From Eledone cirrhosa (lineage: Eukaryota): DNA of 64,000 nucleotides. Both the position numbers and the translations under genes were made by a program. The notes below the pieces were generated by a model. The model made no database searches, was not told where the DNA came from, and saw only the letters and a list, made by a program, of their open reading frames with translations. Location: positions 145,824,001 to 145,888,000 of the forward strand of contig OZ024742.1 of assembly GCA_964016885.1 (NCBI GenBank), in the 5' to 3' direction. Within the stretch, counting starts at the first letter, position 1. The number at the start of each line of letters is the position of its first letter. Below, piece after piece: positions 30,764 to 42,789 of the stretch.

Positions 30764-30952
30764 CAAACCTGTCAACTCTCCCTGCCCGACGGGGTGGATG
30801 AGCTGGGGTGGATGAGAACTGTCCTCTCTTGTGAAAATGGATATAGCTTTCATTGTATAAAATCTCCCCCATTTTACCTTATTTCTCCCCGTTTGGGGGC
30901 ACTTTTTTTTCATGGTACTCACCGTCTGGGTTTTTAGAGGTAGGCAGGTCTG
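30764..30952 (-). mobile_element. MITE with 6-bp target-site duplication (TSD)
   Basis: Termini CAAACCTGTC..GGCAGGTCTG; TSD CAGATG at 30758-30763 and 30953-30958; homologous to 34893-35072. Confidence 0.85.
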
Positions 30953-32498
30953 CAGATGGGTGGCTCAAAATCCAGATTTGTGTTATAGACCCAACGCCAT
31001 CCCCAATCTGCTCATCAGATTTGTTAATCAAGCAAAACCAAAATCTTATTTGAGGGCATCCAATCTCAATGATTAAAGGTATTCCAGCCATGACCACTCT
31101 CTCGTTCCCACGAGGGTAATGCATAGCTAGCACTACATTATCCAACGTGGACTGCCTTTATTTTATTTATTAGCTGCTCTCTCTAACATGTCTAGCGACT
31201 GCATAGAGGCACCCTACATTATTAATTACTGTATTAACTATTTTCCCTTGTGCTTACGTATATAGCAAACATAAAAAAATCGATGAAATTATGTGCATCG
31301 ATTATTTTTCATTCATACCAAGCATTGACTGACATTTTTCTTTTTGTGTTCGTTACCATTGAGACCTCCTGTGTCCTCAGTCTCGGACTGCCATTTTCCT
31401 CCGCCAAAGTAGGAGTCCCGATTGAGCCGATGTCACTGGCCGTTCGCCTTCCTGTCCGCAGGGCGCAACTGATATACACCGTCCAGCCAAGAATGTAAAG
31501 TTTGGCCCCTCTTCATATCCCAGTTTCTTTTTATTGACCACCCCTCCCACTTTTCTTCTCTCTCTCCATGTTTGTAAATATATACAATTGAATAGCACAT
31601 TCTGAATCAATAAAAGTTATCGACGTTTACCGAACAAATGAATAAAGAGATGAACGAACTCTCTTTAATTAAATAAAAGAGAAAAATGTTTCCTTATGTA
31701 TGGACCCTGATTTTTGTACCTTCGCCGAAGATATTAATATTCGGTAAATTTGTTTACAGTTGAATAACATTACAAATATGTTTTAAATAGATACATAAAT
31801 AACATTACAAATACTTAATTTCAAGTCTCGAAGCCGGCGTATTCTGATACTGTTGTTATAGCGCATGTCGGCTGTTATTAATAAATATTGAAATGTTTGA
31901 TTTAATAGTTTGTTTTTTTTTAAGAAAATATTTTCTTTACACATATTTGTGTGTAGGAACAACAACAACAAAAAAACGAGACCTGCATATATTGGAGAAA
32001 TAATTATATTGTTTAATGGAGAATATAAGGAACTGAGATCCAAAATTTAACAAATATTTAATTCCATATAAACACAATTTAAATAATGAATATGGTTTAT
32101 AAAAGAAACATATCAATAGAAATTAATCAAAGAAAACAAAGAAAAGAATGATACATGTCATGTATACTCAATTAGACCCAACAGGGAACGCTGGTGTTTT
32201 CCTTCAAAACCTTTTTTAGGCAAGCCAAGATATTCATGGCATTGACGCGGGTGATAATAAGGCTAAGGCACTGGTATAGCCAGGTACCCTCGCTAGGAGC
32301 AACACCTCATACTCCGGTAAGACCGGGCGAGAGTGGAATTAAATCATTGGAATAGCCAAACGTGACTTGACGCTTCAGTAAGTCGAACTGCGATCAATAA
32401 CAAAACCCAGTTGTCAGTAGTGCACTTTCCGCGAACGTCTTCAATGTCACAAGTTGAAAAACATTCCGTGTTGGATAATGTCTAGAATTTATGAATAA

Positions 32499-33351
32499 CT
32501 AGCTGACGTACCCAGCTTCGCCCGGGTAAACAGAAGATAAAAGAAGACCGGTAAAAGAGAAAATGACTGTATTGGATGTTTGTCTGGTTACAGTATGAGG
32601 CGAGTCCGTGGTGTCTGTGTGATACAAAAAGCAGTAAAAAAAATCTTCCAGATATACCAGATTCTTCGTTGTACCGTTTGTGCATAGTATATGAACAATT
32701 CTAGGTGCTCCCACCTAGAATAGTGACTTCTAGGAGATGGTTCATCTTCTGCCTGACTGTAAAACGTGTATCATTGCATAGACGTAGTTGTTCCACGTTT
32801 CTCAAAAGGATGATGGAAGTTCCAATCTTTTATATTATATGTAGATATAGATATAGATAATTAATATAAAAGATGATGCTCAGCCAGTTCGTCTTCAACC
32901 ATCGCAGCACGCCGTCGCTGCTTGGCTCTAGTGTTTCGTTGGCGTGTTCAGCCAGCTCCTCTTCATTCATGGCGGCACGTCTTCGTCTCTGAAGTTCGGC
33001 GTTCCGATGGCGCTGTTCGGCCCGTTTTTCTTCATCCTGGCTGCACGCCGTCGCCGCTGTAGTTCACTGTTTGATAAAGTCGAATTGCTTTTACTTTCTG
33101 TGGAACGCTGCACGCACGCACACATACATAAACATAAGCGCACGTACATACACACGCGCACATGGTAATAGTTACAGCGTTCACTTTGCCTCTATTTCTT
33201 ACTCTCCCCTCTCTCTCCCTCATTGGCATTATGCGTATTAATTTAAGTTTGGCGTCGTTGATGTGGGCGGAGTCGTTTGAAACCTATGAACCAATGATAA
33301 TCGAGAATTATGACACACGGAATACTGACATTGTTGAAATTAATATATAGA
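32499..33351 (-). mobile_element. Non-autonomous Helitron, same family as 16165-17021
   Basis: TC start at 33351, hairpin plus CTAG|T at 32499; same helicase remnant. Confidence 0.92.
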
Positions 33352-33978
33352 CTAGCTGACGTACCCAGCTTCGCCCGGGTAAACAGATGATAAGAGAGAA
33401 TGACTATAGGTAAAAGAGAAAATGACTATATTGGATGTTTGTCTGGTTACAGTATGAGGCGAGTCTGTGGTGTCTGTGTGATACAAAAAACAGTAAAAAA
33501 AATCTTCCAGATATACCAGATTCTTCGTTGTACCGTTTATGCATAGTATATGAACAATTCTAGGTGCTCCCACCTAGAATAGTGACCTCTAGGAGATGGT
33601 TCATCTTTTGCCTGACTGTAAAACGTGTATCATTGCATAGACGTGGTTGTTCCACGTTTCTCAAAAGGATGATGGAAGTTCCAATCTTTTATATTATATG
33701 TAGATATAGATATAGATAATTAATATAAAAGATGATGCTCAGCCAGTTCGTCTTCAACCATCGCTGCTTGGCTCCAGTGTTTCGTTGGCGTTGTTCAGCC
33801 GGCTCCTCTTCATTCATGGCGGCACGTCTTCGCCTCTGAAGTTCGGCGTTCCGATGGCGCTGTTCGGCCCGTTTTTCTTCATTCCTGGCTGCACGCCGTC
33901 GCCGCTGTAGTTCACTGTTTGATAAAGTCGAATTGCTTTTACTTTCTGTGGAACGCTGCACGCACGCACACATAAACA
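33352..33978 (-). mobile_element. 5'-truncated second Helitron copy fused head-to-tail to the previous one
   Basis: Near-identical to 32499-33125; minus-strand junction GTCAGCTAG|TCTATATATT. Confidence 0.9.
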
Positions 33979-34892
33979 CCATAACCTAGTGGTTATGGTG
34001 TTGAAGATTCGATATCTGGACCGTGTTGTCTGTTGTGTTCTTGAGCAAAACACTGCATTTCACGTTACTCCCGTATACTCAGCTGAAATTGAATATAGAC
34101 AGTAGCTAGAGGTTTAACCCTGTAGTGAACTGGCATTCTGTCAAGGGAAATGTCTTGTACCCCCAGTCACTTAATGACAAGGAAATTGGCTTAATGAGTC
34201 TCTGAGTTTGAGATAAACTTTAGACTTTGACTTGAAAAAAAAAACAACTGAACATAAAGTACTCGTAAATGACGTGATGGTTATGGTAGAAATGGTTTTA
34301 ATAATAAGTAAGAACTGATCTGTGAGTTAAACCTCTTATATTTGTAAAACCATATTATTTAGCACTCACTGAATACCTATCATATTATTTTGTATTAAAT
34401 ATTTGTTTAACGGGAAAAACGTAACCTCACCTACCGCAAAGGTCCTCTCCTATAATCTGTCTTGTCCCGTGGGATATATCTGTGAGAGCTGTACCTGCTC
34501 AGCCTCTGATCAGAAAACCTAGGACATGTACCTGAGCTCAAACCACAGACACGTCTGCCCCTGGTAATGGTCAAGAAAGAAAGAGGCTCACATAACTAGT
34601 CCTTCAACTCACGTGATGTTGCTTGACCCGTACTTCTAGCAAGGGGCCCAGCAATGTCACAAACCTCATACTTCCAGCAAGTCCCCCCCCCCTACCCATT
34701 TAACCCCCATAATATTAAAATAAACAGTGTGTTATTATGACGCAGTAAGTCATAAAAGTATTTCGTAGTCCTTGCAGATAAAAATAGAGAAACTATTAAC
34801 CTGAAGAATCGTGAGGGAGATAACATACAGAATGTACTACACTGAAAGAGTAATTACCACTTCACACGACTCATTCTTACAGATAGCCATTC

Positions 34893-35072
34893 CAGACCTG
34901 CCAACCCTAAAAACCCAAACGGGGAGTACTCTGAAAAGAAGTGCCCCAAAACGGGGAGAAATGATGCAAAATGGGGGAGTTTACATAATGAAAGCTATAC
35001 ACAAGAGAAGACATCTCTCATCTACCCCAAAGTGGGTGGGAGACCTTCCCTTCCGACGGGGAGACAGGTCTG
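34893..35072 (+). mobile_element. MITE with 6-bp TSD
   Basis: CAGACCTG..CAGGTCTG terminal inverted repeats; TSD CCATTC at 34887-34892 and 35073-35078. Confidence 0.88.
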
Positions 35073-35566
35073 CCATTCTGTCATAATTGAATTGAGTAGG
35101 CAAGTGATTCAGGGAGACATGATGCTATTACTATAAAAGATTATTGTTGCATATTTATTTAGAAATATCACTTCTTTCTTTCAGATTCAGTACAAACATT
35201 GTTTGTGGAATAAATAAAATTTATTTGAATAAAGAGGTTCAATAATTCTTATTTATGATGATATTTGATTATATCTGTGTGTGTTGGACCTGCATCGAGT
35301 GTTCGAGCTTTTTTATCAACAGAACATCACAAAAATGGATGATCATTTCCATAACGTAATTCTCAGGGAGATTCAGTATGACAGTAGGTGGAGCAATGTG
35401 TGATAAAGTGTTTTGCTGAAGTACACAATGAGCTGCTTGGGATCAAACTCATGAACTTACAATCATGAGCCTAACCATTAAACCACTCACCTTCACACAC
35501 ATACATAGATGTGTGTGTATGTGCATATATATATATACATATGTGTGTGCATATATATATATATAT

Positions 35567-37496
35567 GAGAATAAACGTGCTGCGTGGTTGCTAATGGGTT
35601 ACATATGAAAAAGTTTGTCCTTCATCAGTGGCCTTCCAACCGTCGTAGGCATTTCGTCGCTTTAAAGGCCATATACCTCAGGTTGGTGCGAGCAACCGCT
35701 AAAAAAAGTCGTTGGGACACGTAAATAAAGGGGACGCTAGGGTAAACAAACAAAATGGTTTAAGCAACAGAAAGTGATGAAGAAGAAAGAAACAAGTCCC
35801 AGATTTCTATGAATATAAATTCGGTGGAATCGTGAACGAGAGAATAAAGACCATCAAACCTGGTTGAAATGTGAGCAAGGAAGGAATTTCGCACAGGTCT
35901 AACGGGAGGAAGAAGGGGTCTGGTCTGCGAATTCGGTAAACATAAGTTCTGTGAAGTCGCAGACGAGAGAGAAAGAAAAAAATTCATACCGGCTTGGCCA
36001 AGTACGCGCGAGAAAAGGATTACGGACAGGTCAAACGGGAAGAAAGGGGAGGAGGAGAGGTAGTGACAGAGAGTGAGTGAGTGAAAGGTGAGGAAGAGGG
36101 TAACAGAGAGAGAGAGACTGCTAGAAAGGGTAAAGATACAAAGAACGAAACAGACGGGTAGCAGCGGAGGAAAAAATATATGTGTAAATATGATAATAAT
36201 GGAGCTGCGGCGTTGCAAATGGGTTACATATGAAAAAGTTTGTCCTTCATCAGTGGCCTTCCAACCGTTGTAGGCATTTCGTCGCTTTAAAGGCCATATT
36301 TACACATATATTTTTCCCCGCTGCTACCCGTCTGTTTCGTTCTTTGTATCTTTACCCTTTCTAGCAGTCTCTCTCTCTCTGTTAGCCTCTTCCTCACCTT
36401 TCACTCACCCACTCTCTGTCACTACCTCTCCTCCTCCCCTTTCTTCCCGTTTGACCTGTCCGTAATCCTTTTCTCGCGCGTACTTGGCCAAGCCGGTATG
36501 AATTTTTTTCTTTCTCTCTCGTCTGCGACTTCACAGAACTTATGTTTACCGAATTCGCAGACCAGACCCCTTCTTCCTCCCGTTAGACCTGTGCGAAATT
36601 CCTTCCTTGTTCACATTTCAACCAGGTTTGATGGTCTTTATTCTCTCGTTCACGATTCCACCGAATTTATATTCATAGAAATCTGGGACTTGTTTCTTTC
36701 TTCATCACTTTCTGTTGCTTAAACCATTTTGTTTGTTTACGCTAGCGTCCCCTTTATTTACGTATCCCAACGACTTTTTTTAGCGGTTGCTCGCACCAAC
36801 CTGAGGTATATGGCCTTTAAAGCGACGAAATGCCTACAACGGTTGGAAGGCCACTGATGAAGGACAAACTTTTTCATATGTAACCCATTTGCAACGCCGC
36901 AGTTCCATTATTATCATATTTACACATATATTTTTTCCTCTGCTGCTACCCGTCTGTTTCGTTCTTTGTATCTTTACCCTTTCTAGCAGTCTCTCTCTCT
37001 CTGTTACCCTCTTCCTCACCTTTCACTCACTCACTCTCTGTCACTACCTCTCCTCCTCCCCTTTCTTCCCGTTTGACTTGTCCGTAATCCTTTTCTCGCG
37101 CGTACTTGGCCAAGCCGGTATGAATTTTTTTCTTTCTCTCTCGTCTGCGACTTCACAGAACTTATGTTTACCGAATTCGCAGACCAGACCCCTTCTTCCT
37201 CCCGTTAGACCTGTGCGAAATTCCTTCCTTGCTCACATTTCAACCAGGTTTGATGGTCTTTATTCTCTCGTTCACGATTCCACCGAATTTATATTCATAG
37301 AAATCTAGGACTTGTTTCTTTCTTCTTCATCACTTTCTGTTGCTTAAACCATTTTGTTTGTTTACGCTAGCGTCCCCTTTATTTACGTGTCCCAACGACT
37401 TTTTTTAGCGGTTGCTCGCACCAACCTGAGGTATATGGCCTTTAAAGCGACGAAATGCCCACGACGGTTGGAAGGCCACTGATGAAGGACAAACTT

Positions 37497-37500
<4 letters not shown>
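35567..37500. mobile_element. Tandem/inverted array of a ~620-625-bp non-coding unit (subfamily A) with Penelope pseudo-LTR-like architecture
   Basis: Period 625 (35593 to 36218), inversion near 36298 at CATAT microhomology, period 620 (36301 to 36921); both ends abut (TA)n. Confidence 0.8.
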
Positions 37501-37568
<68 letters not shown>

Positions 37569-37572
<4 letters not shown>

Positions 37573-38523
37573 ATAAACGTGCTGCGTGGTTGCTAATGGG
37601 TTACATATGAATAAAGTTAGTCCTTCATCAGTGATCTTCCAACCATCATTGGTATTTCATCGCTTTAAAGACCATTTACCTCCGGTTGGTGCGAGCAACG
37701 GCTAAAAAAAGTCGTTGGGACACGTAAATAAAGGGGACACGAGTGTAAACAAACAAAGATGGTGAAGCAACGAAAAGTGAGGAAGAAGAAATCAAGTCCC
37801 AAATTTCTATGAATATAAATTCGGTGAAATCGTGAACGAGAGAGAATAAAGACCATCAAACCTGGTTGGAATGTGAGCAAGGAAGGAATTCCGTACAGGT
37901 CTAACGGGAGGAAGAAGGGATCTAGTCTGTGAATTCGGTGAACGTAAGTTCTGTGAAATCGTAGACGAGAGAGAGACAAAAAGCGACCTGCCAGGCCAAG
38001 GGTGCGAAAGAAAAGAATTACGCACAGGTCAAACGGGAAGAAGGAGGAGGAGGAGAGGTAGTAACAGAGAATGAGTGAGTGAAGGGTGAGGAAGAGGCTA
38101 ACAGAGAGAGTGACTGCTAGAGAGGGTAAAGATACAGAGAAAGAGGAAGCAGTAAGAACGAAATAGACGGGTCATAGCGGGGAAAAAAATATGTGTAAAT
38201 ACGAGAATAAATGTGCTGCGTGGTTGCTAATGGGTTACATATGAATAGAGTTAGTCCTTCATCAGTGATCTTTCAACCATCATTGGTATTTCATCGCTTT
38301 AAAGACCATATACCTCCGGTTGGTGCGAGCAACGGCTAAAAAAAGTCGTTGGGACACGTAAATAAAGGGGACACAAGTGTAAACAAACAACGTGTCCCCT
38401 TTATTTACGTGTCCCAACGACTTTTTTTAGCCGTTGCTCGCACCAATCGGAGGTATATGGTCTTTAAAGCGATGAAATACCAATGATGGTTGGAAGATCA
38501 CTGATGAAGGACTAACTTTATTT
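37569..38523. mobile_element. Diverged subfamily B of the same unit, also tandem then inverted
   Basis: Period about 634 (37569 to 38203), inversion near 38391, flanked by (TA)n. Confidence 0.8.
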
Positions 38524-38908
38524 ATATATATATATATACATATGTGTGTGTATATATATTCATATATATAGAACTAGAGATATTTCCCTCATATGTATTC
38601 TCCATATATGAGGGAAATATATTTGATCGTTATCAGGTTTTAAATTTTTTATTAGATTTAATAAGATACTCAACGAATTATGTAGTCTTACTTTCAGTGT
38701 AGATTGTCTCTAGTTCTATGTTTTGATATGTCTTAGTGTACACTTAACTGTGTATGAATATATTTAAATCCCTTTCTTATAATCATTAAGGCTCGATTTT
38801 ATTCTCTGAATTCTATATTGAGCTGTTTTTAGAGACAAGACATATGTTTGATTTTGTATCATTCATGACACCCTTTACTTTGAAAGTAATAATAATAATA
38901 ATAATAAT

Positions 38909-38945
<37 letters not shown>

Positions 38946-38946
<1 letters not shown>

Positions 38947-39527
38947 TAGCCGAATTACCCGCGCCTTGCTGCGTTTCACCCATTTTTCTTTTTGTAAGTG
39001 ATATAATTTATGGAGAAAAACTCTGCATTTCAATATTACTCAATGTAAAATGTAATGCATGAAAAATTGGAAAACATTATTTTTTGTAATATATCAAATC
39101 AAAATTACATTATTAAATTTTATTCTTATTTTGTTTCTTGTAAATAATTATTTTCAAAATATCAATTCAAAACTTGATCATTTCATTTTTGTGTAAACCA
39201 TTATTTCAAAATTTTCACTATAGGGGGTTTAACCTCCATTAGGGTGTCTTAATATTATTGAAATTTGCTGAAATGTTGTGAATAGGCATCATATCTTGTC
39301 ATTTACCTATCGTTTAAATTTCATATAAATTGAAGGGAAAAGATTTTCAGTGGGGGTTTGTGCCCCCGAGGAACTCTTTCATTAAAATAAAATATACTTA
39401 TCCAAGTACCCTGGGCAATGTAGTTTCAGAATATATATGGTTATGGGGGTCTATCTCCAAAACCATAGGAGGAGTTCGTGAACAAACAAACTGACAGGAA
39501 CTGCAACTTTATATATATATATAAGGA
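38946..39527 (-). mobile_element. Non-autonomous Helitron
   Basis: CTAG with a GC-rich subterminal segment at 38946-38975; other end reads TCCTTATATATATATATAAAGTTGCAG on the minus strand. Confidence 0.65.
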
Positions 39528-39586
39528 AAATATATATCCAATATTTAAGAATCGAAGAGCAAATATTTATTAAAATAACAGATTAA

Positions 39587-39637
39587 AGTTTAAGCAAAGA
39601 ATCGCTGCTTTCACCCTTAATGGGATCTTCTGAAACT
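39587..39637 (-). ncRNA. Type I hammerhead-like ribozyme, CAGAAGA (U4A) variant
   Basis: Stem I AGUUU/AAACU, stem II CCC/GGG, GAAA, stem III AGCA/UGCU, CUU triplet. Confidence 0.6.
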
Positions 39638-40456
39638 AACAAAGTCAATCTGTAAACGCAGAACTGGATATTTCAAAAAACGTTGCAACCGGAGGAAGAC
39701 AGGAAGACGATACTTTGGTTCGTGGTGACGTTCGCTGGCAAAGAACGGGAAAAAACGAATAATACGTCATTAATAGGAGCGGTGAAAAACAATTACGCGC
39801 AAAGACAGAACCACGTTTATGGTATAAAAGAGGTCGTAGACTAATATTCTCTAAGTGGTGCATAGAGACGTTCTCTGGTAATGAACGAAAAAACGAAGAT
39901 AATAAGTCATATGTGGAGCGTGGAGAACAATAGCACGCAAAGACAAAACCACGTAAATGGTATAGCAGAAGTTGTAGACTAAAATTCTAACAAGGAGACC
40001 GAATGAATCTCCGCTACAGAGTTAAGAACAAAGTAAATAAATACAATACAGAAGTAATAGAAACAAATAAATACATACACGCAAACAGATACGTACATAC
40101 ACAAGCATACGCAAAACCTTACCATAGGTATACAAAACCACGCACATATAAATATGTGTATGTGTGTATGCCTGTGTACAAATAAATAAATAATTATATA
40201 AACGTATATAAGTAAATAAATACGTATATAACAAGCGCACACACATACCTACAAATAAATACACGAAGGTTCAGAGACGTAAGTCAACTAAAACAAGAAG
40301 TACACATATACACACACCCACCATACGTACGAACCTGCATACTCACGCAGACGCAAAACTCCCATATACACATAACCAAACCCTAAATACCAGAATATGT
40401 AAAAATTATACGCCATAACAGTCGAATATACGTACGAGAAGGTATACCTACCTTTT

Positions 40457-40507
40457 AGTTTCAGAAGATCCCGTTAAGGGTGAAAGCAGCGATTCTTTGC
40501 TTAAACT
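40457..40507 (+). ncRNA. Type I hammerhead-like ribozyme, CAGAAGA (U4A) variant
   Basis: agttt CAGAAGA tcccgttaagggt GAAA gca gcgattctt tgc T T aaact. Confidence 0.6.
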
Positions 40508-40527
40508 TTAATCTGTTATTTTAATAA

Positions 40528-40577
<50 letters not shown>

Positions 40578-40599
40578 AGAAGGTGAGTAATATTGTAGA

Positions 40600-41290
40600 A
40601 CAATAAAACTATGCATATATCAGATAAGTAGCACTCAACAGTTGGTAGAACTGGAGTATATATTAAAGAAGAAATTAAAAGATGGTTAAATAATACAAGT
40701 ATAAATACGACGTCAAACGTAACTTTGAGGAATACATCAAATAGTAATGTAAATCTAGAAACTTTAGCACCTCCTTTAGTTAATTCCACCACTCCAGTTC
40801 CTAATATAATTAACCCTGGGCCACTTGCCAATAACACTGTAAATAATCTTAATCGTAAATGCAACTGCCCTATTAGAACTAATTGTCCTCTTGGTAATTT
40901 CTGTCTCGATAAAAACCTAGTATATGAATGTAAAGTGGTAACTAGTACCAATACCCATACCTACATTGGCTCTACTTCTACCTCTTTTAAAGCAAGATTC
41001 TATAATCATTCTTCTTCATTTAAATATCCACTTAAAAGGACCAGCACCGCACTCTCAGAGCTTATTTGGTCCTTAAAAGACAAAAACATTAATTATGAAA
41101 TTTCTTGGCGTAAAATCTACAACGCTTCTCCATACTCCAATGCTTCCACATGTAGTGTTTGTAATTTATGACTAGTTGAAAAACTTACCATTATCTCGAA
41201 TTTCAACTCTTTAATAAATAGAAGAACAAATTTATTTGGTCTTTGCAATCCTTCAAGACCTTTCACAAAGTATATAGCTAATGTCCTATA
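40600..41290 (+). pseudogene. GIY-YIG endonuclease domain of a Penelope-like retroelement (Neptune-like), 5'-truncated
   Basis: CNC..CPLGNFCLDKNLVYECKV..YIGSTSTSFKARFYNHSSSF..STALSELIWSLK..EISW..CNL*LVEK..INRR; premature stop at 41169-41171; no RT domain upstream. Confidence 0.88.
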
Positions 41291-42137
41291 ACTTTTTCTA
41301 CGAATAACGGTTAATTTTTTACACATTTTTTTTACATATATATTCTTTTTACATATATATATATATTTTTTACACATATTTCATTATATTCTACAATGTA
41401 TTAATTTAGTTTTCTCAGCATATTTTAAGCCTTTGACCTTTTTTCGATAGCCTTAAATTTTCGCTCAAACCTTCGTAGATTTTGTAAACAAACTATGACG
41501 TCATATGTTTTTTTCTACGTTTATAAATCATTCTAGCAATTTCCTTTATTTACTTGTTGATATTAAATAATAATTAAATAGTATACCCCACATATATGGA
41601 TTTTTAATAACAAATTTTAATTTTGACATAGATAGACTATTTTTATTTTATTTTTTTTATTTTATTTTTATTTTATTTTTTATTTTAATTTATTTTATGT
41701 AAAAATCTTTTTTTATACTTATTTTAATTTAATTTAATTTTATTCTGTTAATACATTTTTACACTTCTTAATCCAAGTTTTAGTATTTAAACCCAATATA
41801 AAATAATATACCCAGTTTCTATATTTTAGACCTCTAATATTTGAATACCATCTATAATATTCGCACACACACCTCATCAATTTACTTTTTAACCGTTATC
41901 TACAGCTGTTTTTATTTTGACAGCGTTCCTGATCAAAAGTCTCTCTCTCTCTCTCTCTTTCTCTCTCCCTTCTTTCTTTTTTCTTTTTTCCTCTCCTCAC
42001 TTTCTTTTTCCTTTTTCTCCTTCTTCTTCTTTTCTTTTTTTCTATTTTCCTATCTTTTTCTTACTATTATATTTTCTCTCATATGTAGGTTTTGCACTTT
42101 CCTGTTGACAAGTGTTTTTAGACCTCATATGTTACCT

Positions 42138-42207
42138 TATTTTATCTGATGAGAACACAATTTTTGTCCCAGGATGATGTTGTTTTCGAAATGCGCATAA
42201 TAAAATA
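42138..42207 (+). ncRNA. Type I hammerhead ribozyme in the Penelope 3' pseudo-LTR
   Basis: Stem I TATTTTAT/ATAAAATA, CTGATGA at 42146, stem II gaacacaa/ttgttttc, GAAA at 42188, palindromic stem III ATGCGCAT, AUA triplet. Confidence 0.85.
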
Positions 42208-42259
42208 TATGGAACTTCTTTAACCATCTTTTAATTTCTTCTTTTATATATATATATCA

Positions 42260-42444
42260 GTTGAAGGAAGACGTGGTAGAGGTAGACCACGAAAAACATG
42301 GGCGGAGGTGGTGAGAACAGACCTCAGATCATTGAAGCTCACGGTGGAGATGACGAGGGACCGTGACGAGTGGAGAGATGCTGTGCTGAATAAGACCCGT
42401 CCCACCCTTGCAAGCAGGGAAAAGCGGACGTAAAATGATGATGA

Positions 42445-42447
<3 letters not shown>
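42260..42447 (+). mobile_element. RTE LINE 3' end
   Basis: VEGRRGRGRPRKTWAEVVRTDLRSLKLTVEMTRDRDEWRDAV.., (ATG)n tail, inserted in (TA)n. Confidence 0.85.
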
Positions 42448-42503
<56 letters not shown>

Positions 42504-42789
42504 TGTATGTATGCATAGGTGATCATGTCTTGCTCATACAGAACTGTATCTGGCTTGGTTTCTTCGACTGGATGCCCTTCCTAGCACCAACCACATTTGG
42601 TGTGTATGCTGGGTGCTTTTTGTTGTGACACCTACATAACCACTTTATAGTGTAGGCTGGGGACTGGGACAGAGGTGTAAAGGCATGGGAGAAGGGTGGT
42701 GTAATCAGATATGGGTGGGGTGTTAGGGCATGGGAGGCGTATGGAAGGAGGAGTTAAGAGGTGCATACAAGATGTATGCTTCAGTCCGT

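Larger units (their letters stand above)
39560..40535. mobile_element. Penelope-like pseudo-LTR element with an inverted terminal copy
   Basis: 39563-39640 is the reverse complement of 40455-40531; each copy has a hammerhead-like fold; right end runs into (TA)n. Confidence 0.7.

Noticed and set aside
32260-32345. HDV-like ribozyme
   Set aside because: I could not build the nested double pseudoknot by eye
30764-35072. One 4.3-kb transposon bounded by inverted ~185-bp repeats
   Set aside because: Each repeat has its own termini and a different 6-bp TSD, so they are independent MITE insertions
35760-37979. Repeated 60-150 aa ORFs (MNFFLSLSSATSQNL..)
   Set aside because: Low-complexity reading frames of the non-coding 625-bp unit, not preserved between subfamilies A and B
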